The notes beneath the pieces were generated by a model. That model was not told where the DNA came from. It did not search any database and saw only the letters and a list, made by a program, of their open reading frames with translations. Of a stretch of 42,254 nt of DNA, positions 1 through 7,029 are shown one piece after another. The stretch lies in assembly GCA_035707385.1 (NCBI GenBank), contig DASSUD010000322.1, positions 1 through 42,254 on the forward strand, in the 5' to 3' direction. The first letter of the stretch is position 1, and every line of letters starts with the position of its first letter. The position numbers and the translations under genes were made by a program. Source of the stretch: Acidimicrobiales bacterium. GTDB lineage: Bacteria > Actinomycetota > Acidimicrobiia > Acidimicrobiales > VFJN01.

Positions 1-313
1 CCGCGGCGAGCAGCACGGCGGACGCGCCCGCGGCCCCGGCGGCGGCGACGTGGCGGCGCGAGGTCACGAAGTCCTTGACCAGGACGGGCAAGGACGTCGC
101 CTCGACCACCTCGGCCAGCAGCTCCGCGCTCCCCCCGAACCAGCGGCCCGTCACCACCGAGAGGCAGGCGGCCCCCGCCCGCTCGTAGGCGGCCGCCACG
201 GCGGCCGGCGAGCGATCGGCGAGCAGGTCGGCGCCGGCGCCGGACCGGCGCTTCACCTCCATGATGAGCGCCGGCCGGGCGGCCGCGACCGCGGCGACGA
301 AGGGAGCGGTCAC
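1..313 (-). CDS. trpC: Indole-3-glycerol-phosphate synthase (TrpC)-like; only the N-terminal part, ORF runs off the left window edge
   Basis: Not in the ORF track because it is open at the edge. Hand translation of the minus strand from GTG 313..311 gives VTAPFVAAVAAARPALIMEVKRRSGAGADLLADRSPAAVAAAYERAGAACLSVVTGRWFGGSAELLAEVVEATSLPVLVKDFVTSRRHVAAAGAAGASAVLLAA... IGPS hallmarks are present: E-x-K (EVKRRS), Y..GA..lSVvT, PVLvKDF, GA.AVLL. The GTG overlaps the trpF-like stop (GTGA at 310-313). Confidence 0.75.
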   Translation of the reverse strand, partial: MTAPFVAAVAAARPALIMEVKRRSGAGADLLADRSPAAVAAAYERAGAACLSVVTGRWFGGSAELLAEVVEATSLPVLVKDFVTSRRHVAAAGAAGASAVLLAA

Positions 314-990
314 CGGTCCCGGCCCCCGGGCGACCAGGCGGCCCGGACGGCCGCCACCCGCGCCGGGCACAGGCTCCCGCCGGCCCCGCGCGCCGCGGTG
401 TCCACGTCGATCCCGGCGAAGCCGGGCCGGGCCAGCGTGCCGGGGAACGGCCCCCCGCCCGCGGCCGACACGCCGCCGGCCCGCAGGAACGGCCGGTCCA
501 GGCCGGCGGCCGCCCCGGCGGCCACCGCGTCCGGCACCGGCAGCCCCGTGCTGCCCACCCGGCCGCCCGGCCCGACGCGATCGAGGAGGAACAGGTCGGT
601 CCCGGCCCGCCCGTAGGCGGCCGCCAGGCCCGCCTCCACGCACCCGTCGCCCGTCAGGTGGAGGACCTTGACGAGGGCCACCCCCGGCCCGAGCGCGTCC
701 CGCAGGCGCCGGACCGACACCGGCCGGCCGTAGCCGTGGAGCTGGACCCACCGGACACCGGTGGCCCGCACCGCGGCGGCCACCGCCCCGGGGTCCTCGC
801 GGAGGGTGACGAGCACGGGCTCGGGACCACCCTCGTCGCGGGCGGCCGCCGCCAGGCGTGCCGCGGTGGCGAGGTCCAGGTCCGCGTGCCCACCCGGCAC
901 GCCGTGCCACAGGCCGGCGAGGTCGACGCCGGCCGCCCGCAGTACCTCCAGGTCGGCCTCCGTGCGGGCGCCGCACACCTTCACCAGCAC
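310..990 (-). CDS. trpF: Phosphoribosylanthranilate isomerase (TrpF)-like
   Basis: ORF 310..990, 226 aa. The N-terminus MLVKVCGARTEADL matches the PRAI 'vKiCG' start (catalytic Cys). VQLHG and FLLD (catalytic Asp region) are present, and GGRVGSTG resembles the GGtG phosphate loop. It starts 8 nt after the ACAD stop. Confidence 0.85.
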   Translation of the reverse strand: MLVKVCGARTEADLEVLRAAGVDLAGLWHGVPGGHADLDLATAARLAAAARDEGGPEPVLVTLREDPGAVAAAVRATGVRWVQLHGYGRPVSVRRLRDALGPGVALVKVLHLTGDGCVEAGLAAAYGRAGTDLFLLDRVGPGGRVGSTGLPVPDAVAAGAAAGLDRPFLRAGGVSAAGGGPFPGTLARPGFAGIDVDTAARGAGGSLCPARVAAVRAAWSPGGRDR

Positions 991-997
991 CGGGACC

Positions 998-2149
998 TCA
1001 CAGCCGCAGGAGGGACGCGATCCGGTTCTGCTGGATCTCGGACGTCCCCGAGTAGATCGTTCCGGCCACGGCGTCGCGCAGGTCCTTCTCGATGCCGTGG
1101 CCCGCCAGGTAGCCGGCTCCCCCGAAGATCTGCACCGCGGCCAGGGCCGAGGCCACGTTGCTCTCGCTGGTGACCAGCTTGGCGATGGCGATGTCCTCGG
1201 TGGCGACCTCGCCGGCCACCAGGCGGGCGGCGGCGTCGTAGAGCCACTTGCGCGACGTCTCGGTGTCGATGCGCATGCGCACGACCTTGTTGGCGATCGC
1301 CTGGAACGAGCCGATCCGCTGGCCGAACTGGCGGCGGGCCCGCGCGTGGTCGATGCAGCGCTCGAGCCGGTGCTGCATGTCGCCGACGTTCACCACGAAC
1401 GACAGGAGGACCTCCCACGCCATGACCCGCTCGAGCACCCGGTAGCCGCCGCCCTCCCGCCCGATGCGGTGGGCGACGGGGACGGCGCAGCCCTCGAAGC
1501 GCAGCTCGCCGAGGGGCGCCGTCCGCAGGCCCATCGTCTGCAGGGGCGGTCCCACCTCCACCCCGGCCCGGGCCCGCTCCACCAGGAAGGCCGAGATGCC
1601 GAGCGGGCCGCCGTCGGGGTGGGTGCGGGCGTACACCGTGAACAGGTCGGCGACGGGCGCATTGGTGACGAGCGTCTTGCCGCCGTCGAGGACGTAGCAG
1701 TCCCGCTGGCGGGTGGCCGTGGTCTGCATCCGCAGGGCGTCGGACCCGCCGGAGGGCTCGGTGATGGCGTGCGCGCCGACGGCCTCGCCCGAGCAGATCC
1801 GGGGCAGGAACCGCCGCCGCAGCTCCTCGCTCCCGAACATGTGCAGCGGGGCGCCGACGCCCACGATCTGGGTGGTGGCCGCGAACTTGAGACCGCCGTC
1901 GCGGCACGCGTAGCCCAGTGCCTCGAGCACGAACATGGTGCTCAGCAGGTCGTGCTCCTCGCCGCCGCAGTCCCGGCCGAACGGGAGGCGGAACAGGCCG
2001 GTGGCGCGCAGCAGGTCCCACGCGGCCCGGGGGAACGCGGCGGCGCCGTCGCGCTCGACGTGCCCGTCGGTGAGTGCGCCGAAGCAGGGCAGGAAGCGAT
2101 CGCGCAGGGCGCGCTGCTCCTCGGTGGCGGTGGCGGTCAGCGGTCCCAC
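998..2149 (-). CDS. Acyl-CoA/acyl-carrier-protein dehydrogenase family flavoprotein
   Basis: ORF 998..2149, 383 aa. ACAD signatures: AHAITEPSGGSDA, RRQFGQRIGSFQAI, C-terminal TIYSGTSEIQQNRIA. Ser occupies the position of the MCAD/SCAD catalytic Glu (IYEGT). A Glu in MAWEVLL sits 30 residues before the FG motif, as in IVD-type enzymes (by-eye alignment). Confidence 0.9.
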   Translation of the reverse strand: MGPLTATATEEQRALRDRFLPCFGALTDGHVERDGAAAFPRAAWDLLRATGLFRLPFGRDCGGEEHDLLSTMFVLEALGYACRDGGLKFAATTQIVGVGAPLHMFGSEELRRRFLPRICSGEAVGAHAITEPSGGSDALRMQTTATRQRDCYVLDGGKTLVTNAPVADLFTVYARTHPDGGPLGISAFLVERARAGVEVGPPLQTMGLRTAPLGELRFEGCAVPVAHRIGREGGGYRVLERVMAWEVLLSFVVNVGDMQHRLERCIDHARARRQFGQRIGSFQAIANKVVRMRIDTETSRKWLYDAAARLVAGEVATEDIAIAKLVTSESNVASALAAVQIFGGAGYLAGHGIEKDLRDAVAGTIYSGTSEIQQNRIASLLRL

Positions 2150-2150
2150 C

Positions 2151-2549
2151 TCAGTAGCAGGAGGCCTCGGCCCCGTCCCAGCGGTGGACCTCGGCGCCCT
2201 GCAGGGCGGGGCTGAACACGCAGACGAGCCGCAGGTCGACCCCCGGATCGGCCGCGAGCACGTGGCGGTCGTGCTGGTCGAGGGCGTAGAGCGTGCCGGG
2301 GACGATGCGGTGGACGTTGCCGTGGTCGTCGGTCACCGTGCCGGTGCCCTCGACGCAGTAGCAGGCCTCCAGGTGGTGGCGGTACTCGAGCAGCGACGCG
2401 GTGCCGGCCGACACGATGGTGTCGGTGACCGTGTAGCCCATGGCGTCCGAGGCCAGCAGCAGGCGGCGGCTCAGGCCGTTGCCCCACTCGACGGTCGTCG
2501 CGGTACTGATGTGTCGCACGATCACGACGGTTCCTCTCTCCTTCTTCAT
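2151..2549 (-). CDS. ectC: Ectoine synthase (EctC)-family cupin, solitary
   Basis: Last 132 aa of track ORF 2151..3725, from ATG 2549..2547: MKKERGTVVIVRHIS...RRLLLASDAMGYTVTDTIVSAGTASLLEYRHHLEACYCVEGTGTV...GTLYALDQHDRHVLAA...VCVFSPALQGAEVHRWDG. This is colinear with canonical EctC (IVRnl, YkhHfEAvYCieGeG, YiLDqHDeHlL, CVFtPgLtGnEVH). The ATG overlaps the trpA-like stop (ATGA at 2546-2549). An earlier alternative start is not excluded. Confidence 0.85.
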   Translation of the reverse strand: MKKERGTVVIVRHISTATTVEWGNGLSRRLLLASDAMGYTVTDTIVSAGTASLLEYRHHLEACYCVEGTGTVTDDHGNVHRIVPGTLYALDQHDRHVLAADPGVDLRLVCVFSPALQGAEVHRWDGAEASCY

Positions 2550-3325
2550 CCGACGAGCTCGACCGCGAGGGCCGCCAGGGCCGCGGCGACGTCGCGACCC
2601 CGGGCCGCCGCCTCCTCCGCCCGGGCGACCGCCGCGCTGCCGACGATCACGCCGTCGGCCCCGGTGGACCGGACTGCGGCCACGTCGGCCCGGGTGCGGA
2701 CCCCGAACCCCACCGCCACCGGCGCCCGGGCCCGGGCCCGGCGGACGGCTGGGGCCAGCGCCGCGTACCCGGCGGGCGGCCGCTCCCCGGTCCGGCCCCG
2801 GTGGGCCGCCAGGTAGAGGTAGGCGGTGGCGGCCGCCGCGGCGCGTCCCGCCACCTCGGGGCTCGACGTCGGGTAGCAGGTCGTCACGACGGGCAGGCCC
2901 GCGGCACCGGCCGCGTCCAGGTAGGCGGGGGCCAGGCGGGGCGGCAGGCCGTGGACCAGGGTCGCGTCGACGGCGCCGGCCACGCGCTCCACCCACCGGC
3001 CGACAGGGGCCGGCGCGATGCTGTGGCGCCAGTCGGCCAGCAGCACGAGGCGCAGGTGGCGCAGCTGCGGGCGCAGCGCCGCCGCGGCCTCGGTCACCGC
3101 CTCCAGGTCGACACCGGCGGCCAGCGCCCGGGCGAGCGACCGGCGCACGACGGGGCCGTCGGTCACCGATTCCGGGAACGGCACGGCCAGCTCCAGGCAG
3201 TCGACGCCGCTCTCGTCGAGGGCGCCGGCGACCTCCGGGAGGGCGGCGAGCGGCGGGTCGCCCGCCGTCAGGAACAGCACCAGGCCCGAGCCCCTGCCCG
3301 GTGGGCGCAGGAAGCCGGTGCTCAC
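2546..3325 (-). CDS. trpA: Tryptophan synthase alpha chain (TrpA)-like
   Basis: C-terminal 259 aa of track ORF 2546..3712, from GTG 3325..3323 (GTGA overlap with the trpD-like stop). Motifs: LTAGDPPL, DCLELAVPFPESVTDGPVV (the Glu and Asp of the ELG.PFSDP.ADGP motif are retained), VAVGFGVRT, GVIVGSA. Confidence 0.85.
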   Translation of the reverse strand: MSTGFLRPPGRGSGLVLFLTAGDPPLAALPEVAGALDESGVDCLELAVPFPESVTDGPVVRRSLARALAAGVDLEAVTEAAAALRPQLRHLRLVLLADWRHSIAPAPVGRWVERVAGAVDATLVHGLPPRLAPAYLDAAGAAGLPVVTTCYPTSSPEVAGRAAAAATAYLYLAAHRGRTGERPPAGYAALAPAVRRARARAPVAVGFGVRTRADVAAVRSTGADGVIVGSAAVARAEEAAARGRDVAAALAALAVELVG

Positions 3326-4362
3326 GGCGCCACCGCGACCGTGTGCTCCCGACCGGCACGCAACCGCTCGACCAGCCCCACGGCCGCGCCCCGGTCGAGG
3401 GCCGAGCGGGCCGCGGCCTCGGCGTCGTCCCAGTCGTCGGTGTGCCCCGCGGCCACGACCGCCGCCGCGGCGTTGAGGCAGACCGTGCGCAGTGCCGCCT
3501 CCGGCCCGACCCCGGCCAGGATGTCGAGGAAGTGGCCGGCGACCGCGGACACCCGCGGTGCGGGTGCCAGGTCGGCGAGCGACGGCTCGGGCTCGCCCGC
3601 GGCCGAGGGCCGGGCGGCCAGTGCGACGGCGCCGGACCGCCGGTTCCGCAGGATGACGTTGGGGACGAAGCTGACCAGCTCGTCGATCCCGAGGGCGTTG
3701 GTGCACAGCCACACGTCCCGGTCACGGCACCGCTCCGCCAGGTACCGCAGCTGGGGGAGCGGTGCGGCCCCGGAGGCGCCGACCACCTGGACCGACACCG
3801 GCAGCACCGCCAGGAAGGGGCCCACGCTGTTCACGAAGCGTCCCAGCCGCCGCAGGTCGAGGGGGTGGAGGCTGCGCGCCAGGTCCGCCAGCTCGGGCGG
3901 GTAGACGGCGCCGCCGGCGAAGGCGACCCCGTGGCGGTCGAGCATGTCCGCCACCGCCTCGTGCGAGAGCGCGAGGGGGATGCCGAGCAGCCCCAGCAGC
4001 TCGAGCGATCCGCACCGGCTGGCGAACCCACCCGACCCGGACTTGGCCACGGGCACGCCGAGGGTGGCGGCCACCAGCGCGGCGGCCGTCGACACGTTGA
4101 ACGTCGGCGGGCCGCCCCCCGTCCCGACCAGGTTGACCGCGCCGTCGAGCCGGTCCGCCGGAGCCGGGACCCGCTCCCGCAGCGACTCGACGAACGCCGC
4201 CACGGTGGGACCGGCCGGCGCCCTGGCCGCCAGCGAGGCCAGCAGGGCTACCGTCTCCCCGGCGGCCAGGCGCCCGGCGGCCAGGTCGTCCCAGAAGGTC
4301 CGCCAGGTACCGGCGTCGACGACGCCGTTGCCGTCGACGACGGACTGGACCGCGGTGTGCAC
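3322..4362 (-). CDS. Glycosyltransferase family 3 protein, divergent anthranilate phosphoribosyltransferase (TrpD)-like
   Basis: ORF 3322..4362, 346 aa, GTG start. LVGTGGGPPTFNVSTAAALVAATLGVPVAKSGSGGFASRCGSLELLGLLG is colinear with TrpD GTGGDG..t.N.ST...v.A..G..V.KHGNR..SS..G.aD.LEaLG. However, GTGGD is GTGGG here and KHGNR is KSGSG. The GIDEL (DE) motif is retained. Confidence 0.75.
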   Translation of the reverse strand: MHTAVQSVVDGNGVVDAGTWRTFWDDLAAGRLAAGETVALLASLAARAPAGPTVAAFVESLRERVPAPADRLDGAVNLVGTGGGPPTFNVSTAAALVAATLGVPVAKSGSGGFASRCGSLELLGLLGIPLALSHEAVADMLDRHGVAFAGGAVYPPELADLARSLHPLDLRRLGRFVNSVGPFLAVLPVSVQVVGASGAAPLPQLRYLAERCRDRDVWLCTNALGIDELVSFVPNVILRNRRSGAVALAARPSAAGEPEPSLADLAPAPRVSAVAGHFLDILAGVGPEAALRTVCLNAAAAVVAAGHTDDWDDAEAAARSALDRGAAVGLVERLRAGREHTVAVAP

Positions 4363-4383
4363 GATCGGGCCCGGCTGGGTGGG

Positions 4384-4656
4384 TCAGGGCGCGTCGGCGG
4401 TCGCGGGCTGGGGCCGCGCCCCGGCGAGCAGCCGCGCCATGGCGGCCACGGTGGCCAGGTCGTCGGGGCCGACGTCGACCTCGTCGGTCGGGAAGTCGTA
4501 GGTGGCCTCGAGCCACGCCAGGACCTTGAGCAGCCCGAGGCTGTCGATGACGCCGCCCGCGACCAGGTCGTAGTCGGGATCGAGCCCGCCGTGGCCGACG
4601 TCGGGCAGGAACTCGTCGAGTACGAAGGCCGTGATGGCGGCGATCGGGGTCTCCAT
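4384..4656 (-). CDS. Acyl/peptidyl carrier protein
   Basis: Last 90 aa of track ORF 4384..5151, from ATG 4656..4654, preceded by AGGAAGG (reverse complement of 4663-4669). METPIAAITAFVLDEFLP...LVAGGVIDSLGLLKVLAWLE contains the DSL phosphopantetheinyl-Ser motif. Confidence 0.85.
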   Translation of the reverse strand: METPIAAITAFVLDEFLPDVGHGGLDPDYDLVAGGVIDSLGLLKVLAWLEATYDFPTDEVDVGPDDLATVAAMARLLAGARPQPATADAP

Positions 4657-4679
4657 GGATCTGACCTTCCTGTCCCGCA

Positions 4680-6173
4680 TCAGGACGTCGCGAGGGCGGC
4701 GGCGATGGACCGCCGGTCGGGCTTGCCGGTCGAGGTCCGGGGCAGGGGAAGGTCCCCCAGCCGGATGGACGAGGGGATGGCGGCAGCGGCCAGGCGGCCG
4801 GCGCAGTAGGACCGCAGCGCCAGGCTGTCGAGCCCGCTGCCGGCCGCCCGCTGGACCACGGCATGGAGCGCGTGCCCGCCCACGGGGTCCGGGGCCGCCA
4901 CGACGGCGGCGTCGACCACGTGGGGATGGGTGCGCAGCAACTGCTCCACCTGGGCGGTGTCGACCCGGACGCCGCGCACCTTCACCTGGTGGTCGCGGCG
5001 GCCGGTGAGGACGATGCGCCCGGTGGCGTCGCGGGCCACCAGGTCCCCGGTGCGGAACCAGGGACGCTCGGGCGTCTCGGGGCGGGGCGCGAACGGCTGG
5101 GGCCCGCCGCCGCCGGCGTAGCCGGTCGTCTGGAACGGGGTCGACACCCACAGCTCGCCCTCGCCGGCCCCGCCGACCTCGGCACCGTCCGGGCCGACGA
5201 TGACCGCCGACACGCCCGGGAGGGGGCGCCCGATGGGCAGCACGCCGCCGCGGGCGCCGTCGAACGGGTCGTCACCGAGCTCATGGGCGAAGCTGTCGTT
5301 GGTCTCGGTGCAGCCGTAGACGTTGTGGAGCCGGGCCGCCGGCGCCAGGTCGCGCAGCCGCAGGGCGTCGGCGGGGGAGAGGTGGTCCCCGGTGAAGATC
5401 ACGTGCCGCAGGTGGCCCAGCGGGGCGCCCGCCGTCGCCGGGCTGCCGAGCAGCAGGCGGTAGACCATGGGCACGGCCTGCACGACCTCGACCCGGTGCA
5501 CCGACAGCAGCCGGTGGAGGTGGTCCGGCCGGACCTCGCGCCCGGGTTCGACCAGGACGACCTGCCCGCCGGCGGACAGCGTCGCCCACACGTCGAGCAG
5601 GCTGAGGTCGAAGTGCAGGGGAGCGTGGCTGAGCACCGCCGTGCCCGGGGCCAGGCCGAAGCGGTCGATGGCCCAGGCCACGAAGCGGCCGACGGCCCCC
5701 CCGCCGAGCGGGACGACCTTCGGTACCCCGGTGGTGCCCGACGTCGTCAGCAGGAGCGCCGGGTGGTCGCCCGCGCCGCCGGCGGGGCTCGCGGCGGTGG
5801 CCGGCCCCGCGGGGTGGGGGACGGCCTCGGGCGCGCGGGGGTCGCCGTGGGGGAGCCCGTAGCGGCAACCGGCCCGGGCCCACAGGGCGGTGCGGGTGGC
5901 CGGCGCCAGGTCCGGCGGGACGAGCAGGACGGGCCGGCGCTCACGCAGGCAGGCGAGCACCAGCGCCACCGCGGCCGGGCCCTTGGTGAGCGCGGCACCG
6001 AGCGGCTCGCCGGGAGCGCGGCCCAGGTCGCGGAGGCCGGCTCCGGCGTCGGCGGCCAGCTCGTCGAGCCCGCGGTAGGTCACGGCGCCGCCCTGCCATG
6101 CCAGGGCGGTCGCAGCGGGCCTGCGGGCGACGTGGGTCGCGACGGCGGCGGCGATGTCGAGCGGCTCAACCAC
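4680..6173 (-). CDS. Stand-alone adenylate-forming (A-domain / AMP-binding) enzyme
   Basis: ORF 4680..6173, 497 aa, GTG start. Core motifs: LLLTTSGTTGVPKVV (A3), HFDLSLLDVW (A4), NVYGCTETN (A5), WFRTGDL (A7), GRRDHQVKVRGVRV (A8), TSTGKPDRR (A10 Lys). Hand-read 10-residue code: D-L-L-Q-I-T-V-D-S-K. Confidence 0.9.
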   Translation of the reverse strand: MVEPLDIAAAVATHVARRPAATALAWQGGAVTYRGLDELAADAGAGLRDLGRAPGEPLGAALTKGPAAVALVLACLRERRPVLLVPPDLAPATRTALWARAGCRYGLPHGDPRAPEAVPHPAGPATAASPAGGAGDHPALLLTTSGTTGVPKVVPLGGGAVGRFVAWAIDRFGLAPGTAVLSHAPLHFDLSLLDVWATLSAGGQVVLVEPGREVRPDHLHRLLSVHRVEVVQAVPMVYRLLLGSPATAGAPLGHLRHVIFTGDHLSPADALRLRDLAPAARLHNVYGCTETNDSFAHELGDDPFDGARGGVLPIGRPLPGVSAVIVGPDGAEVGGAGEGELWVSTPFQTTGYAGGGGPQPFAPRPETPERPWFRTGDLVARDATGRIVLTGRRDHQVKVRGVRVDTAQVEQLLRTHPHVVDAAVVAAPDPVGGHALHAVVQRAAGSGLDSLALRSYCAGRLAAAAIPSSIRLGDLPLPRTSTGKPDRRSIAAALATS

Positions 6174-7029
6174 GGTCCGGGCGAACCTCGACCCAGCCGT
6201 TCTTGAGGGCGGTGCGGCCCCCGGCGGAGACGGTGAACGGCACGCGGTCCCCGGCCGGCTCGTGAACGGAGACGACCACGACCTCCCCCACGGGGACGGG
6301 GTGGGCGAAGCGGGCGCCGGCCCCGCGGACGAGGCCGGCGTCCCCGGCGGCGCACGTGTCGACGACGACCTCGCAGGCGAGCGCCAGCAGGTGCATGCCG
6401 TGCGTGACGGTTCCCTCGAACCCGGCCGCCCGGGCCTGGGCCGCGTCGAGGTGCACGGGGTTGCGGTCGCCGGACACCTCGGCGTAGCGCTCGGTCGCGC
6501 CGGGCGGGAGCTGCACCACCACCGGCGCCACCGGGTCGCTGGTGCGGCCGCTCCAGGGGCGGGGCCAGTCGCCGAAGGGCTCGGGCCAGCGGGCGGCCGG
6601 CAGCAGCGCCCCCGTTGACAGCTCGGCCACCGTGGCTCCGCCCTCGCCCACCAGGCGGGCGCGCAGGGCCAGGGAGACCCCGGCCCGGTGGCGGCGGGCC
6701 CCCACCAGCTCGGCCCGGGCCGACAGGAGCTCGCCGGCCCGCGGGGAGCGGAGCAGCCGCACGTCCTGGCTGAGGTGCACCGGGGTCGGCGTCACGCCGG
6801 GATTGGCGGCCAGCACGCCGGCCAGCACCTCGACGACCGCGTCCCACGCCAGCACGAAGGGGTACACGGGCGACGGCGCAGGCCCGGCGGCCGGCCCGCC
6901 GATCTCGCGCCGCACGGCGGCGCGGTAGGCCGCGGCGGCCCGAGCCTCCAGCGGGCGGGCAGGCGTGGCCGCGGCGGCCGGCGGCGCGGCCACGGGCGCG
7001 GCCACGGGCGTGCCGGCGGGGCTGCTCAC
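6166..7029 (-). CDS. Double hot-dog MaoC-type (R)-specific enoyl hydratase / 3-hydroxyacyl dehydratase
   Basis: C-terminal 287 aa of track ORF 6166..8313, from GTG 7029..7027 (GTGA overlap with the KS stop). The C-terminal half carries the hydratase-2 motif YAEVSGDRNPVHLDAAQARAAGF. The N-terminal half resembles the non-catalytic MaoC_N hot-dog (PVHLSQDVRLLRSP). Confidence 0.8.
   Translation of the reverse strand: MSSPAGTPVAAPVAAPPAAAATPARPLEARAAAAYRAAVRREIGGPAAGPAPSPVYPFVLAWDAVVEVLAGVLAANPGVTPTPVHLSQDVRLLRSPRAGELLSARAELVGARRHRAGVSLALRARLVGEGGATVAELSTGALLPAARWPEPFGDWPRPWSGRTSDPVAPVVVQLPPGATERYAEVSGDRNPVHLDAAQARAAGFEGTVTHGMHLLALACEVVVDTCAAGDAGLVRGAGARFAHPVPVGEVVVVSVHEPAGDRVPFTVSAGGRTALKNGWVEVRPDRG

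Noticed and set aside
2151-2549. Ectoine biosynthetic operon
   Set aside because: Only ectC is present. No ectA (Dab acetyltransferase), ectB (Dab aminotransferase), ectD or ask_ect is found anywhere in the window.
1-4362. Reading the trpD/A/F/C genes as the organism's housekeeping trp operon
   Set aside because: The gene order is scrambled and interrupted by EctC and ACAD genes. The genes are translationally fused to carrier-protein and FAS genes, trpB/E/G are absent from the window, and the TrpD-like motifs are altered. This cannot be fully excluded without the rest of the genome.
2440-4809. 789-aa plus-strand ORF, and similar long ORFs elsewhere (e.g. 761-2215+, 4863-6206+, 10490-12112-, 11310-13052+, 32723-34411-, 32868-35210+, 40489-42081-)
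   Set aside because: They are antisense or off-frame to well-supported genes, have low-complexity Arg/Pro/Gly/Ala translations, and contain no recognisable motifs.
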